Part shown: positions 13,311-25,639 of the stretch, one piece after another
Layout: each line of letters opens with the position of its first letter
Position numbering within the stretch: the first letter of the stretch is position 1
Origin: Dudresnaya verticillata
Lineage: Eukaryota
NCBI GenBank assembly: GCA_977862235.1
Contig: OZ374562.1
Location: 1,178,001 to 1,242,000, forward strand
Length of the DNA stretch: 64,000 nucleotides
Direction of reading: 5' to 3'
Made by a program: the position numbers and the translations under genes
The notes under the pieces: model-generated
Databases searched by the model: none
What the model saw: only the letters and a program-made list of their open reading frames with translations
What the model was told of the DNA's origin: nothing

Positions 13311-14208
13311 ATGAGGTAGCCCCAGAAGGCTAAAAAGGGGTGCAATTCGCATCACTTGTCTGGTTTTGGTTCGAGCACCGCCGCATTTGTGCACATTACT
13401 GCACGTTTGGACCCAGGTGGCCACCAGTCGGGAACAAGAACACCGAAGCTCTATCGACTTCCTCGTCTCGCGTTTACACATTCTAAGAAATCCCGATGGA
13501 TGGTTAGATTCGCATTGTAAGTGTCCAGTTCGGATTCTCATTTCATGTCGCCCGAAGCCGCTAAAAGCGTTGCTCTGCAACGTTTGCATCCGCATCCACC
13601 CTACTAGAGAGCCGGAGCTGCGATCTCAATTCCGTCTTCTCTTCGTGATACTGAAGACACTCGAGGGCTCCGATATCCAATTCAATTCCGATTTTCAACA
13701 ACGTGTTGTCTACAACGCGACCGTCCCGGGATTTCGTTTACCATGCTGCATAGATCGCCGAAGACGGAGCAACATTTCGTGACCGAGAGCTCCGGAGCTA
13801 CATCAGCCTGTTCGTTGCAATTTTCGAGACCTAGCAATGAATAGAGCCGCCTTCAACTCGAGAATCGCACGTCACATCGCCTCGGGCTGTGAAAACCGCC
13901 CTTTTGCATCGTCTTCAACCGAGTGCACGTCGTTTGAGACCGCTGCTCCGCTCCCCATTACGATAAACCTCCGTATTACTCAAAGTGCTTTCAGATGGCT
14001 AATAAAAACGTCAGTTTCGACTCGTGCTATTCGTTTTTTTGGGGTCGGACCTTTTCGAGCTTCCGTGCATCGTATTGCAACGCTTGCACCCATGTGCATG
14101 CAATTCTTGAACGTGAGTTTCAGTACCCATTCCGTATGGTCTCCGTGTTCCCGGAGGCTCTTACGAGTGCCGAAGTCCATTTCGAGTCCGTTTTTCGCCT
14201 CCTGGTTT
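11459..14208 (+). repeat. Segmental duplication, copy 2 of 1-2750
   Basis: Identical ORF set at offset 11458. Confidence 0.95.
11568..12267 (+). mobile_element. Solo LTR, duplicated copy of 110-809
   Basis: Part of the segmental duplication. Confidence 0.7.
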
Positions 14209-14623
14209 TTCTGGCGCACCCCGATGTCCGGAACTGTGAATTGCCTCGTATTGCATCATTTGCACGCCGTTTCAGGCCATTTCCAAGCTGGAGCCTCGGT
14301 GCCCCCTCGTTCACTTCTAAATGGCCTTAGAGACCCTCGTGATGCTCATATAGGAGCCAGAAATCGTGGCGCGCCCCTCTCAGCCTCGACGCGGGTGCCT
14401 TCTTCTTGAGGAGGGGCCATGCGGCCGACTTCCACGAGTCTCGATAACAGCGCTCCCGCGTTCTTCCGAAATCAAATTCAGGCGAATCTAATTGCAAAAA
14501 GGCCAAATATTTACGTGTTAGTGACTTCTGCCTTCGCTTGGAGGCCAAGTCTCCAAATAATGTTGAATCGGACTCCGAACGCCGTGCTCGTTTACAAGAA
14601 GCTACGATGCTACCCGCCTAAGT

Positions 14624-14935
14624 TGTTGAAGTTCGAATCAATCCGGACCACTATGGTCCGGACATTGGTCAGGTACTCGGCTGGGCGCGTCGATAGCCCC
14701 ATGAGCGGACACTTGGAGTCGCCCGCGCAGCTCAAGAGGTCACCCAGGTTAGGGTCGGGGCGACCGCTTCGGCGTTGCCATCTGCATAGATAAGGCCCTC
14801 GCTCATCCGAACAGCAGAGCAAGGAAGGGGTAGAGGAAGATTGTTTTTGAACTGCGGTTGCTGCGCACGCTGCGCCGACCTCAGTAAACCACCCCGCCGT
14901 CGGGTTGCTTCCTCTGTTCAGTTCAGGTTCCTACA
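14624..14935 (+). repeat. 5' LTR (312 bp)
   Basis: Direct repeat of 21190-21502. Confidence 0.93.
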
Positions 14936-16021
14936 TTCGCGAATTGACGACCTGTTACCATTCAAGCCATCGGGCACGCGCGCATGTGACGATCCGAATT
15001 ATACGCAGGACCAACGACGCGACTCTGCCGTTCAGGGTTTCCAGCGTATTAGCGCACGGCCAAGCACGCTGCGCCCCCCCTCGTCACCGCGCCACACGCC
15101 GCACTTGGCCGCAGCGCCTCAGCAGCTGCGCTTGGCCGCCGCTCCCCGCCTCCGCGCTTGATCGCAGCGCCCCGCCGCCGCGCTTAGTCGTCGCGCTCCG
15201 TCGCCGTACCTGGCCGCCGCGCCCCGCCCACCCAGTTGGCCTCTGTGGCCCGCCGCACGTTGCCGTGTCGCTGCGCCCTGCCGTCGTATTAGGCCGTCGC
15301 TCCCCAAAATGGGACTCGGTCGCTCCGCACCGCTCTGCTCCGAGTCGCCCAAGTTTCTTCCGATCGTAGTGGTGGGCGCGACTCTGCAGCTCACCAAGGA
15401 ATCGTACATTTCAAGGGTTCCGTTCAAGAAGGCTCTGCTCGCTGAAATCTGTGGTTTACGTGGGAATCCGTCAAGGTATTACAAGAGTACCAGCAGCTGG
15501 AGCTCGGAAAAATAGAGTGACCGTTCTAACCCACGCCGGTGGTGAGTGTATACACGCCAGCATATCCATAGCAACGTCGTCATCATACGTTTGCGTCCCC
15601 GCGGTTCTTCAATACCCGGGTGGATTTGTTCTGAGGAGATAGTGCTCACGGGGTGACTTCGGTCCGCGTGCAGTAAACCCCCGTCGATTCGTGATCGAGC
15701 CCTTTGGGAAGATCATCCTTATCAGGGCTGCAGCCTATCTACCTCCCCGATTAATCGCTGCACGCAACCGTGGTTGCTATAGCATGGGACTACAGGCGGC
15801 TTAAGCATAAGAGCCTCTTCGCAGGACCCAAGTATAGTTCATCACACCCTGTGAGCTAGCTGAAGTGGTACAGAAGTCTCCAAGTCGGTGTTGGTATTCA
15901 TAGGTAAGGAAAGGGATCTCGGAGTGCGCACAGTGTGTGAAGGACCGGTCCTCGATTAACGCTTCGTTAACCACGGGGATAGCCACAGTGCTTGCAGGTT
16001 CTATTGTTGCTGCTTCTCTTC

Positions 16022-16129
16022 AAGAATCAGATATAAGACCCGGAAGAAGTCTTCAGGCGCACGTTCAGGAAGAAGACTCAGGTATAAGACCCGGAAGAAG
16101 TTTTCATGCGCAAGTTCAGGAAGAAGACT
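16022..16129 (+). repeat. Tandem duplication, 51-bp unit x ~2.1, in the Copia leader
   Basis: tataagacccggaagaagt recurs at 16032 and 16083. Confidence 0.9.
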
Positions 16130-16177
16130 AATCTTTGGTGCGTTCGTGCTGCGTTATATCTTGTAGTTACAATACCC

Positions 16178-19100
16178 ATGCCTACTCCAACTGCCGGTGG
16201 GCCGTCAGCGACTCCAGGAGGTGAAGATGATCCCGTATTCCCGGACACCCCTCCTCCATCGGAACACAAGTTTATATCGGCGCTCCCCCCGGATAAATTT
16301 GCGAAACTAAACGCGTTCTGGGGGCTTCATAAGCACCATACGGATAATACAAGAGGAACCAACCCTGACGCGTACTGCTCTCCTGCAGTGTGTCGCGGAA
16401 ATGTTTCCACCATCCGTTTTCTTCGGACCTGAGCTCCGGGCATTGCCTGTCCTGCATGAGCAACTCCGAGACTTCCTCGACTCTCGTGGAGCTAATATGC
16501 AGCCCCATCCATCGTGCCGAATTATTATGAAAATTGCGCAAAACGTATACGTAGACGAGGAAGACAAGGAGGCTGCCATCGCAACAGTGAAGGATTTCAT
16601 GGACCTCGGTCGCCGCAACCCAAACCCAGCAACGACAGCAACATCCGTGACGCCGATGGACGCGTTAGCGCCACACCGCGGTTCAGGGACTGCTTCGGAG
16701 AAGGTCGCACATAATGTGGCAATGCGGTTAAAGGATGACTCGAAGAAATTCTCGGGCGATGTTGGGGAATGTTGGCAGGCGTCCGTCGACGAGTTCCGGC
16801 AAGTTTCTCGGGACTACAACTTGTCCTCGACCCAAAAGCTCCATTATCTGCACAACCTGTTAAGCGTCAATGAAAAGCGCTACTACCTTGATCACGTGGA
16901 CCGATACGTGCAGACCTTCCAGCAGGCGATTGACTCCATCGAAAGGGAGTACAACGCACCTGTACGGCAAAACAAGGTCAAGAACTACCTCATATCCTTT
17001 CGCTTGAGCACGTTCATCACTGAAGGCATGGAAACAGCAGACGCTTTAGAAAAGGTATACCGAATCATCACCAAGCTATCACCTCAGGCCCCTACAACGC
17101 ACCACGGTGACGTGCACAAGTTCGAGTTTCTCGCCGGCGCTGTCGCAGGCTACGAGTGGTCCCTCGGGCCATTGAGCCGTATTGAGACGAGCGGCCTAAA
17201 CGTCCAACAGCTTTATGGAGCATTGGAGGCCCAGTTGCAATTATCAAAGGAGGCTGAAGTCGCACGCCTCAAGGATGAGATATTCTCTCGGTCATCAGGA
17301 AGGAACTTGGCATACGACTCAGACCTACCGGGCGTACTGTACACAGGACAAGCAAGATACGGGCGCCAAAGGTCATCTGCGCCGTCATCTTCTAGTAACC
17401 CCTACTCAACGGGACGCAGGGCTGCATCGTTCGCAAGTGGGAAGAGCAAAGGGTTCGACCCTCTCTCAATCTCAGGATGCTTCAACTGTGGGGATGCCGG
17501 CCATATGCTCAAGGACTACAAGAGGTCAGTCAACATCGCAAAGGCCGCTGCTCGGAAGCTCGACTACTATTCGAAGAAGGGTTCCTCCAAGGATGGCAAT
17601 GTTCATATGGTCCTTGCTGAGATATGCTTTCAATGGGATGCCGGTACCACAACCGCAAATGATCCTGAAGCACCAGAAGATAGCAAGGAGCAACTGCTCA
17701 AGGAGTCAGACCGTCACCTATTTGATAACTGGCTTTCTAACTTGGACACGAACATACACTTTGTAAGAAGAAGTTCTCATGTGTCCCTGCTCTCATTAGG
17801 GTCGGCCAAGTGGTCCGACGAGTCGTTCGATGACTGGGACCGCGACTACTGTGATCGCGACGGATATTCCGATCGGGTCTATGACACTGACTCCGACCCG
17901 GAAATGTACGTCAACGAGGGCATGGAGTCCTTACCCGAGGAAGAGTTCCCGGTAGTTGAAGACCCCGCGGAGCTCCCTAGACTGCTGTCTGCTGGTACAG
18001 ACGAGAACCGCTCGTTCGAGGGAGCATGCGTCGATACTAGCGCACAACGGTGCGTAATCGGGAAACAGCAAGCTATATCGTATAACAAGTATATGGGTGT
18101 TACATATGCCCCCGACGGCCACGGAAACCAAACCAAAAGGATGTACCGGTTTGGTGACCATCGTTACCCCGGGTTTGGTCGCATGGAAGTACGGATTCCC
18201 ATAGAAGACGCGCTGTTTATAGAGTTCGATGCTGAAGTCGTTGAAGTCGATGTCCCACTTATTATGGGACTCGAATGTATGGACAAGTACTGCGTAGTCA
18301 TCGACGTTGCGGGCAACAGCATGAGTGCGCGGGATGATAGCTAGAAGGTACCCCTCACGCGAAAGGGCGGGCATATGTACATGGTTTGGGACGCGTACAT
18401 CCTATTCACTGCGGAGGAACTTCGAAAGTTACACCGCCGCTTCTATCACCCTACATCAAAACGATTCTTCAACGTACTCCGACGTGGAAGACCAGAGGAC
18501 TGTGGGCCCGAAGATCTTATTGTGCTTGAAGCCATTGAAACAGCCTGCGATATTTGCCAAAGGCTGTCGAGCGTTCCCCAGCGCTTTCGCGCATCACTTC
18601 ACGAAGGATATATAGTGTTTAACCGAACGCTATGTCTTGACGTAATGAACTTGGACCGACGGGCCATCCTACACATTGTATACAAGGACACGAAAATTAA
18701 TACAGCATGTTTCCTCACTGCTGAGAACGTCAACACCATTTGGAGTAGTTATGTGGACATCTGGGCCTCGTGTTATGTTGGACACCCAGAAAGGTTCAAA
18801 GCCGATCGAGGTCGCCAATTCACGGCGAACGAGTTCGGAAGCCTGTGCCGAATGGCCGGTAGAGAGCTGGTCTTGTCCGGAGTCGAGGAACACAACGCCA
18901 TTGGCGAAGGGGAAAAATACCACGACTTCCTTCGCAGAATCTACAAGCGTGTATCAAAGGATCACCCGAAGATGGAAGCAGAGGAGAGATTAAGACTCTC
19001 CGTGAAGGCTCCCAACGATACTCCCGGACCAAATGGGCTAGTTCCCACCTTAATAGTATTCGGCGTAGTTCCTAAGGTCTCAGTGACACAAACAATCCAT

Positions 19101-21160
19101 CGCAGGAGGAAAGAAGGGTTACCATGAAGGAGGCCCGGTCCGAGATGGCCAAATTGGAAGCAAAGAACAGGGTTAACACTCAGTTACGCTCGAACACCCC
19201 AGCTGCCGCAATACGGATTCTGCAGGCCGGTGAAGAAGTACTTGTCTACCGAGAGGCCTTGAAGAAGTCCGATGGTGAATGGTTTGGTCCTTACCGTGTG
19301 ATCACTGTGAGAGACAAAATGGTTGACGTGGAAGTGAAGGGAGAGCTGAAGACGTTTTCTATTACCAAGGTCAAGCCCTACCAACGGTGGCCGTCCCTTA
19401 CAGGACCACCAACAGTCCATGCAACACCATCGACAACAAATCCCAGTCCGGGGAACCCAGAGCAAAATATGACATCACTGAAAGCCGCGCTACAGCAACA
19501 ACTCCTCAGCGTCGTTCTGGGAGACCACATTAACCCCAGTGAGTTTGTGGCTTCAGTCGAGCAGGACGTCACCAACGCAACCCCGGCCAATGCTGTAAAC
19601 ATCATCCCCGGTAACTCAGAAACCCACCTTACCGAGAACCTCGAGGTTGGTGATGCGAGGGAGAACTCAAGGATGTTTGAAGCGGCGAAGCAAAAGGAAG
19701 TCGATGGTCTAACAAAACTATCTACCTGGACCACAGTAAAGAAGGATCAAGTATCCACTGGCGCTAACATCCTTCGAGGCAGTTTCGCTCTCGCATTGAA
19801 GGACAAGGGCACGGACAAGGAACGCCATAAGGCTCGATCATCCAGGGACATAAGGGTGCCAAGAAGGGAAACTTGGTACATAATAGCATCCCAATGCAGC
19901 AACGTTGCATCAGGTTTATAGTTGCGTTTGCTGCGGTGAAGAAGTTGACTATGTTAGGGCATGACGTAACCCAAGCGTACTTACAAAGCAGCGAGGCCCT
20001 ATAACGAGACGTGTACCCCATCCCCCAACTCCCGGACCGCAAGTACTTTCAAATCGATGATGATAAGGTTCTAGATCCATTGCGTCTCCTTTACGGCCTC
20101 TTTGATTCGGCTGACTACTAGCAACAAACTTACACCAAGTTTGTAGAAGAAGAACTCACATGGAGCCGCTGGAAGGCGATGCATCGGCATTTCTCCGCTT
20201 ATAACCCGTCACCGACAACGGCAAGGAGGTCGAAGGGCTTCTTGGTATCTACGTAGACGACGCACTCGGCGCCGGCAGTGATGAATGCATCTCACTAACG
20301 GAGAAAATGGTTGAAAAGTTCAAGTCTAACCCTCGGAGCTTCAACAATTTCGAGTTCTATGGTGTCAGGATTGCGCAAAGAGCAGACGGGACTAGGACAA
20401 TCGATCACGCTTCGTACATTGCGAATCTGACATCACTTCCGGACGAGACTTCCTTCAGGAAATTTCGAAGTGCAAGAGCTTGGCTTGCCGGGGTTGCCCG
20501 TACCCGGCCGGACCTATGCTGCTATGTCAACAAGTCGGCACAAGTTGCGGAACAGGGATTCAGTTCCGACGACATCTTCGAATCAAACAAGGTTGTTAAG
20601 AAGGTCAAGATATCCGCGGCCATACGATTGCTATATACGGCGTTGGACATCGATACCCTCCACATTAGGGTGTACACAGATGCGTCGTTCGCAACTAATA
20701 CCGACTGCAGTTCGCAACTTGGATTCATTGTGTTACCTTGTGACGCTAACAATCGTGTACACATCCTGGACTTCGCTAGTCGGACATGCAAACGATTTGT
20801 TAGGTCGATACTCGGAGGAGAGGTGTACGCATTCACAGAAGGCTTCGAAAACGCCTTTATGCTGCGGCATGACCTTCAGTGCGTCCTCAACCGCCCACTA
20901 CAGCTCCAGATGCGCACTGATTCGCGTCAGCCATTTAACGTAATTTCAAAGGGATCGAGGACACATGAAAGACGTCTAATGATAGAGGTAACTGCCGCCA
21001 GACAAGCCTACAATGATAGAGAAATATCAAGCATTGGTTTCATACGAGGTGATCAAAATGTCGCTGATGGCCTCACCAAGACCAAGCCTGCAAGCCCCTG
21101 TTACACCTGCTCACTACTGGACAACGCCGTACTACAGTACAGCAATGGATTATCCGGGAT
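16178..21160 (+). pseudogene. pol: Copia gag-pol (gag, zinc knuckle, protease, integrase, RT, RNase H) with stops and frameshifts
   Basis: CFNCGDAGHMLKD knuckle; CVDTSAQRCVIG protease; LRKLHRRFYHP...CDIC and KADRGRQF integrase; HDVTQAYLQS and IYVDD RT; YTDASFA, GEVYA, TDSRQ, NVADGLTK RNase H. Confidence 0.92.
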
Positions 21161-21189
21161 GAACTCGCTCGGAAGTAGCGTCCGGGGAG

Positions 21190-21502
21190 TGTTGAAGTTC
21201 GACTCAACCCGGACTACTAGGGTCCAGACATTTGTCAGGCACTCGCCGAGGCGCGTCGATAGCCCCATGAGCGGACACCTGGAGTCTCCCGCGCAGCTCG
21301 CGAGGTCACCCACGTTGGGGTCGGGGCGACCGCTTCGGCGTTTCCATATGCGTAGATAAGGCCCTCGCTCATCCGAATAGCGGAGCAAGGAAGGGGGCAG
21401 AGGAAGATTGTTTTTGAACTGCGGTTACTGCGCACGCTGCACCGACCTCAGTAAACCAACCGCCGTCGGGGTGCTTACTTCTGTTCAGTTCAGGTTCCTA
21501 CA
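21190..21502 (+). repeat. 3' LTR (313 bp)
   Basis: Direct repeat of 14624-14935. Confidence 0.93.
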
Positions 21503-22109
21503 TACGTGCCTATTTACGCGAATAGAGATATGCTACGAGGCGCGCGAGGAAGGAGCCAACGGAGCAACCAAACACAATCCGCAACGAAACGCAGGAAGGA
21601 GATGAAGGGAGGAGCACAGGTAGCGAGCCAAGTAGGCGAGTCTGAGTTGAGTGCGATGACGAAGATCGACGGGCACGGACCGAGCGTAACACGAAGTTGA
21701 AGTAAAACACGCGAATCGCTGCCGGACTTCGTAATCCGCGTACACGCACGCTGGACGGACGATGCCGAGCCTTAACCCGTTTCTACGTGTTCAAAATATC
21801 TCCGCCATCTGCCAATACGAGGGCACCATCGCATACGTGACCCTAATTCAAACTCAAAAGCCCCGGGCCTCCGCCAAGCTGCCACTCATATGGCCACGCA
21901 CAAGCTCCTCGGAGGGAAACCGGGCCACGTGAATTCGTAATTCGTAACCAGCGACCGAAGCGTTCGCTCGTGAGAAGGGGTAGTGTGGTATAACGGCTAT
22001 CCGTGTTCTGCCTCCATAATTTAAGTGAAAAAACCAAGATATATGAGTTTCGAGATGAATCCGTGATTGCGCGCGCCACAATGGCAACCAATTTATAGTG
22101 CGCTATATC

Positions 22110-22900
22110 CTAAATCGCTGGTAACTCCGTGTTTTCGCATTGGTTCTTGCGCGAATGACTCCTATGGACGAGATCTGCGTGTGTCCGCTTGTGCGTAGCT
22201 GGCGTGATGCGTAATCGCCACCACACGTGAGGCAACCGTTCGTAAGCTCTGACACAGTTGCGTAGTAGATGGTAAGATCCTGTTATCACATTGGCGAGGA
22301 TTTGTAGCTGTGCAAATAGTACTTGGATAGTCTAGGCCAACATCTGTGGGTACCTCGCAAGCAACCAGCGTTTCACATCACTGTCTTTGGTAAACTCTTT
22401 TTATTAGCCCACATTAGTGTTTGGATGTTTACGAGCATTTGTTCACGGATACGGTTGAGTCTATCTTTCGATAGCCCCGCCCACCAGGGTTATCCCGGGT
22501 GATAGTTACGTTGCAGTTCTCTCTTCCCCGCACGAACTCGTTGATACCGTGGTCCTTGGAATCGATCGCCGAATTCTACCACGCTACCGTCTTACTCTTT
22601 TTATTAGCGAGTTTCCTTACAGCTGGGAGGCTTCCCTGCTTCTCAATGTAATATTTTATGCCACATTTCCCGATCGAATAGGGCTAATCTGACCGGGAAG
22701 GAGATGGAAGACGGCTTGTACATAGCGCAGCAGAGTTTTTCGTGCACTCTTGCAGAAGTATGTGGAATGAGGAAGTGTTCGGGCGGTTCTCCGTTGCACC
22801 ACTCTGCTGCGAAGGAAAATGGACTCCATTTGGGGTGGCAATGCAGGACCTTACATGCCTTGAGTGATATTCGGTTCTCTTTGATAAATTCCTTCTACTC
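22110..22900 (-). pseudogene. Unidentified decayed coding repeat; empty-site paralogue of the Copia target
   Basis: Collinear with 4400-4781 + 9143-9560, with a single gttac at 22505-22509. Confidence 0.7.
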
Positions 22901-22979
22901 GTAATTGATCACTGTGGTCTTCCAGAGATGAACCTCCACGGCCATAGAGCGTGTATTGGTTTAGGCCACCCCGGTTGGG

Positions 22980-23254
22980 ATAGACGCGTGCACTTTGCGT
23001 AGTGCGATCAAGGGCTTGTGAACGGCTGCGGATAGGTCCCCAAAGTGAGCCTTGCAGCATCACCGGCCGGTTGCAATATTTTCGGCGGCTAACTCCGGAC
23101 CTTGCGCTGTCTTCTCGACGAAGCGGCGGTGCATGGCCTCGGAGAACCGCTTTGACTTCTGGTCCGCACCCGTGACCGGATCCTTGGAAGCAGAGATCCG
23201 GTCGGGAGCAAAGAACTCATTCTCGTTGATATACCAGCTTTTTACGAGGCCCAT
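22980..23254 (-). pseudogene. Fragment of a Harbinger-associated Myb/NAM-like DNA-binding gene
   Basis: MGLVKSWYINENEFFAPDRISASKDPVTGADQKSKRFSEAMHRRF resembles the WxxxSxDPxxGxDQKxxxFW motif. Confidence 0.65.
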
Positions 23255-23843
23255 GTTGCTGATGTGTGAGCGCTGAGCGCGGAAGGGGCGTGTAAAGTGG
23301 CTCTGATTTTGGTGGGAGTGGAGTGCTTTGCACATTAGGGTCCATCGTGCTGCACCTATCCCTGTGTTCGCCGGTTTTTCAGAACCAATCATTGGACAAC
23401 GAATGACGCTTGCTTCGATAGAATAGATCACGCGCTCGCGCTATCGTCATGGTGAATAGAACTTTAATAGAGGATATTCTATTGCGAATTTGCTCACTTA
23501 AAGCAACTCTACTACAGTGCCAAAAGGCCACATTTACAATTAAACTCGAAATGCGCTTGCCTATTTTGCAGAACGCCAAGGCACAAGCATGGTCCAGGAA
23601 TAAATATCGGAGCAAACTGTGGCCGATTTACCACTGACCCAAGGCTTCTAAGCCAATCATTGCATACAATCATAGCACTGTGATGACTTCACTCGCCCTA
23701 AAAGCAATATCTCGTGTTCCCGACTTCTCAAAACCACCCCAAGGCCGCACCAATAGCACCATACCTCCTCTGTTCTCTCTCCAGTTGTGGAGTTCCGCTC
23801 TCTGACTTTCAACCCCTTCCTTGGAGTGCCACCAAATGCCACG

Positions 23844-24760
23844 ATGTCTTCGAAGGGCCCCAACGTCACGCCGGAAGAGGACCTAGCTTTGGCTCGAGCG
23901 TGGATTTCAACGTCCACCTCAACCGCTGATCTGAAATCAGATATGCTCTAGGGTGCTATCCAAAGCACCTTTCAGATACAGTCTGAAGCTGTAAGAATAC
24001 CCTGCTCTCCAAGCCTCGAAGGGAACTGTAAGGCTCTATCAAGGACCGCGCAGAAGTACATGGCCACGGAGCAGACGTACGGGTCCTGCATTCCTTCTGG
24101 CGAGACTGAGGAGGACACTGTCGCAAACATCATGACACTGTAAATACGGAACAACAAGTACAAATATTACGACATGCGGGGCAAATTTGCTCTTCTGAGA
24201 GCAGTGCAACTTCTTTCCCACTTCCCCAAGTTCTCTGTGATAATCGGTGGAAGCAGCAAGAGTGCTGCAGGGTACAAGCCGCAAACCAAGAAGGACACCG
24301 TTTCTTTTGGGGATGGTATGGGTGGTATCACGGTCTCAGACAAGCCCTTTCAGACGCGTTGGACCAGTGTTAATCTCAATTCCGTGCAAAATTGAGCCGA
24401 AAGGGAACAGCCAAAGTTGCCAAGAGTGTTGAAAATGGCTGAAGTTGTCAAGATTGCGACTGATGACAAGCGCGTTGCGGATTTGCTTGCATTGAATTCT
24501 GAGACCGTGAAGTCCATGGAGCTCAATGCTGCGCAACGCAATGCAATTCTGAGAAATCCGATGCGCAGGGCTACTATGCTTGGGTCTGATGTTGCGTTGG
24601 AAATTGCGCCGCATACTCCTCAGTCTTCTTTTGAGCCGTCAATTTCCCAACTCCTCAAGCTTTCACCACTCACTGGGTCCGATTAGGTAGTAGCGAGCGT
24701 CCCGAAAGAGCAGCGCACACTCCAGGATGACCCCTCTGAAGACGGATGCACACCCTAGGG
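23844..24760 (+). pseudogene. Harbinger Myb/NAM-like partner gene, decayed
   Basis: MSSKGPNVTPEEDLALARAWISTS; PSGETEED; convergent with the transposase at 25640-27068. Confidence 0.75.
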
Positions 24761-24865
24761 CGAACGTTTTAGAGTAAAAGGCTGAAAGAAGTTTGGTACA
24801 AGACGGCGTGAATGCAGATGCCTGTCATCGATAGGGGTGTCTAGTGGCATTGTGGCGGTGGTTGG

Positions 24866-25630
24866 TGTAGTATAGCAGTCACCACACACCATCAGCAGCG
24901 GCTGTAAGGGATGCTTACAGCTCCCACTGTAATGGTGCGCACGATGACACTCGCTGGAAAGTCGTATTTGGGCAGCGAGCCCGTTGGGTTTTTCGTTGAT
25001 TTAAGCGGCGATCGATCGCCTTGCTGTCGGCAGCGGCCACGCGCCGTGCCGCACATGGCGCAACTCAGTGACGATCTCCGGCATCGAGCGGTTGAGAGGG
25101 CCGCTGCCCGTTACGCCCTGCGCGCGCCCATGGGTAGCCGCTACCCGTACATGTCGACACGTATATGGGCGCGCGCACGCGCACCCCCCGTGTTGGTGCC
25201 GAAGGGGCGTATTGGGCGTAAGATTAGCTGTACATAGTGTAGAGTATTTAAGGCCGTGTGCTATCGAAGGCTCAGTAAACCGGGCAAACAGCAGCTCGCG
25301 CTGAAGCTTTCCGCAGCCTTTCGGGTTCGATCCCTTTCCTCTACGCCACCGGGCGGTTCCCCTTCCTCCCTTGCCTCGCTGGGCTTTCCTCTTTCGTTTT
25401 CCTTCTCCGTCGGCTTCGTACCGCCCTTTTACAGGGACGCTGGGATCCGGCCACTGCCTACTCGCGTATGGTACGCCCCGTACGCGCTCCGGCATCGACG
25501 CCGTCGACCCGCACCTGCGGGGCGCACGCGGCCGACACAGCGCTACCACTAGCTACGTATTGACGTGTCTGTGTGGCGGCTTCGGACCAGCGAGTATCAG
25601 ACGTCGGATCGACCTGACGTCTATACTGAA
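24866..25630 (+). mobile_element. Solo LTR related to the TGTGGCATAG family, between the two Harbinger genes
   Basis: Ends tgtagtatag / ctatactgaa; TSD gttgg/attgg; internal similarity to 56920-57530. Confidence 0.75.
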
Positions 25631-25639
25631 ATTGGACGT

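Larger units (their letters stand above)
14624..21502 (+). mobile_element. Ty1/Copia LTR retrotransposon, GalEa-like, full length (6.9 kb), decayed
   Basis: LTRs 14624-14935 and 21190-21502 (TGTTGAAG...CCTACA, roughly 90% alike by eye); TSD taagt/tacgt; short PPT ggggag; order gag-PR-IN-RT-RH. Confidence 0.93.

Noticed and set aside
14561..14580. Extra LTR start (tgttgaatcggactc) 63 bp upstream of the Copia LTR
   Set aside because: Similarity is limited to a few bases, and the TSD and LTR alignment fix the boundary at 14624.
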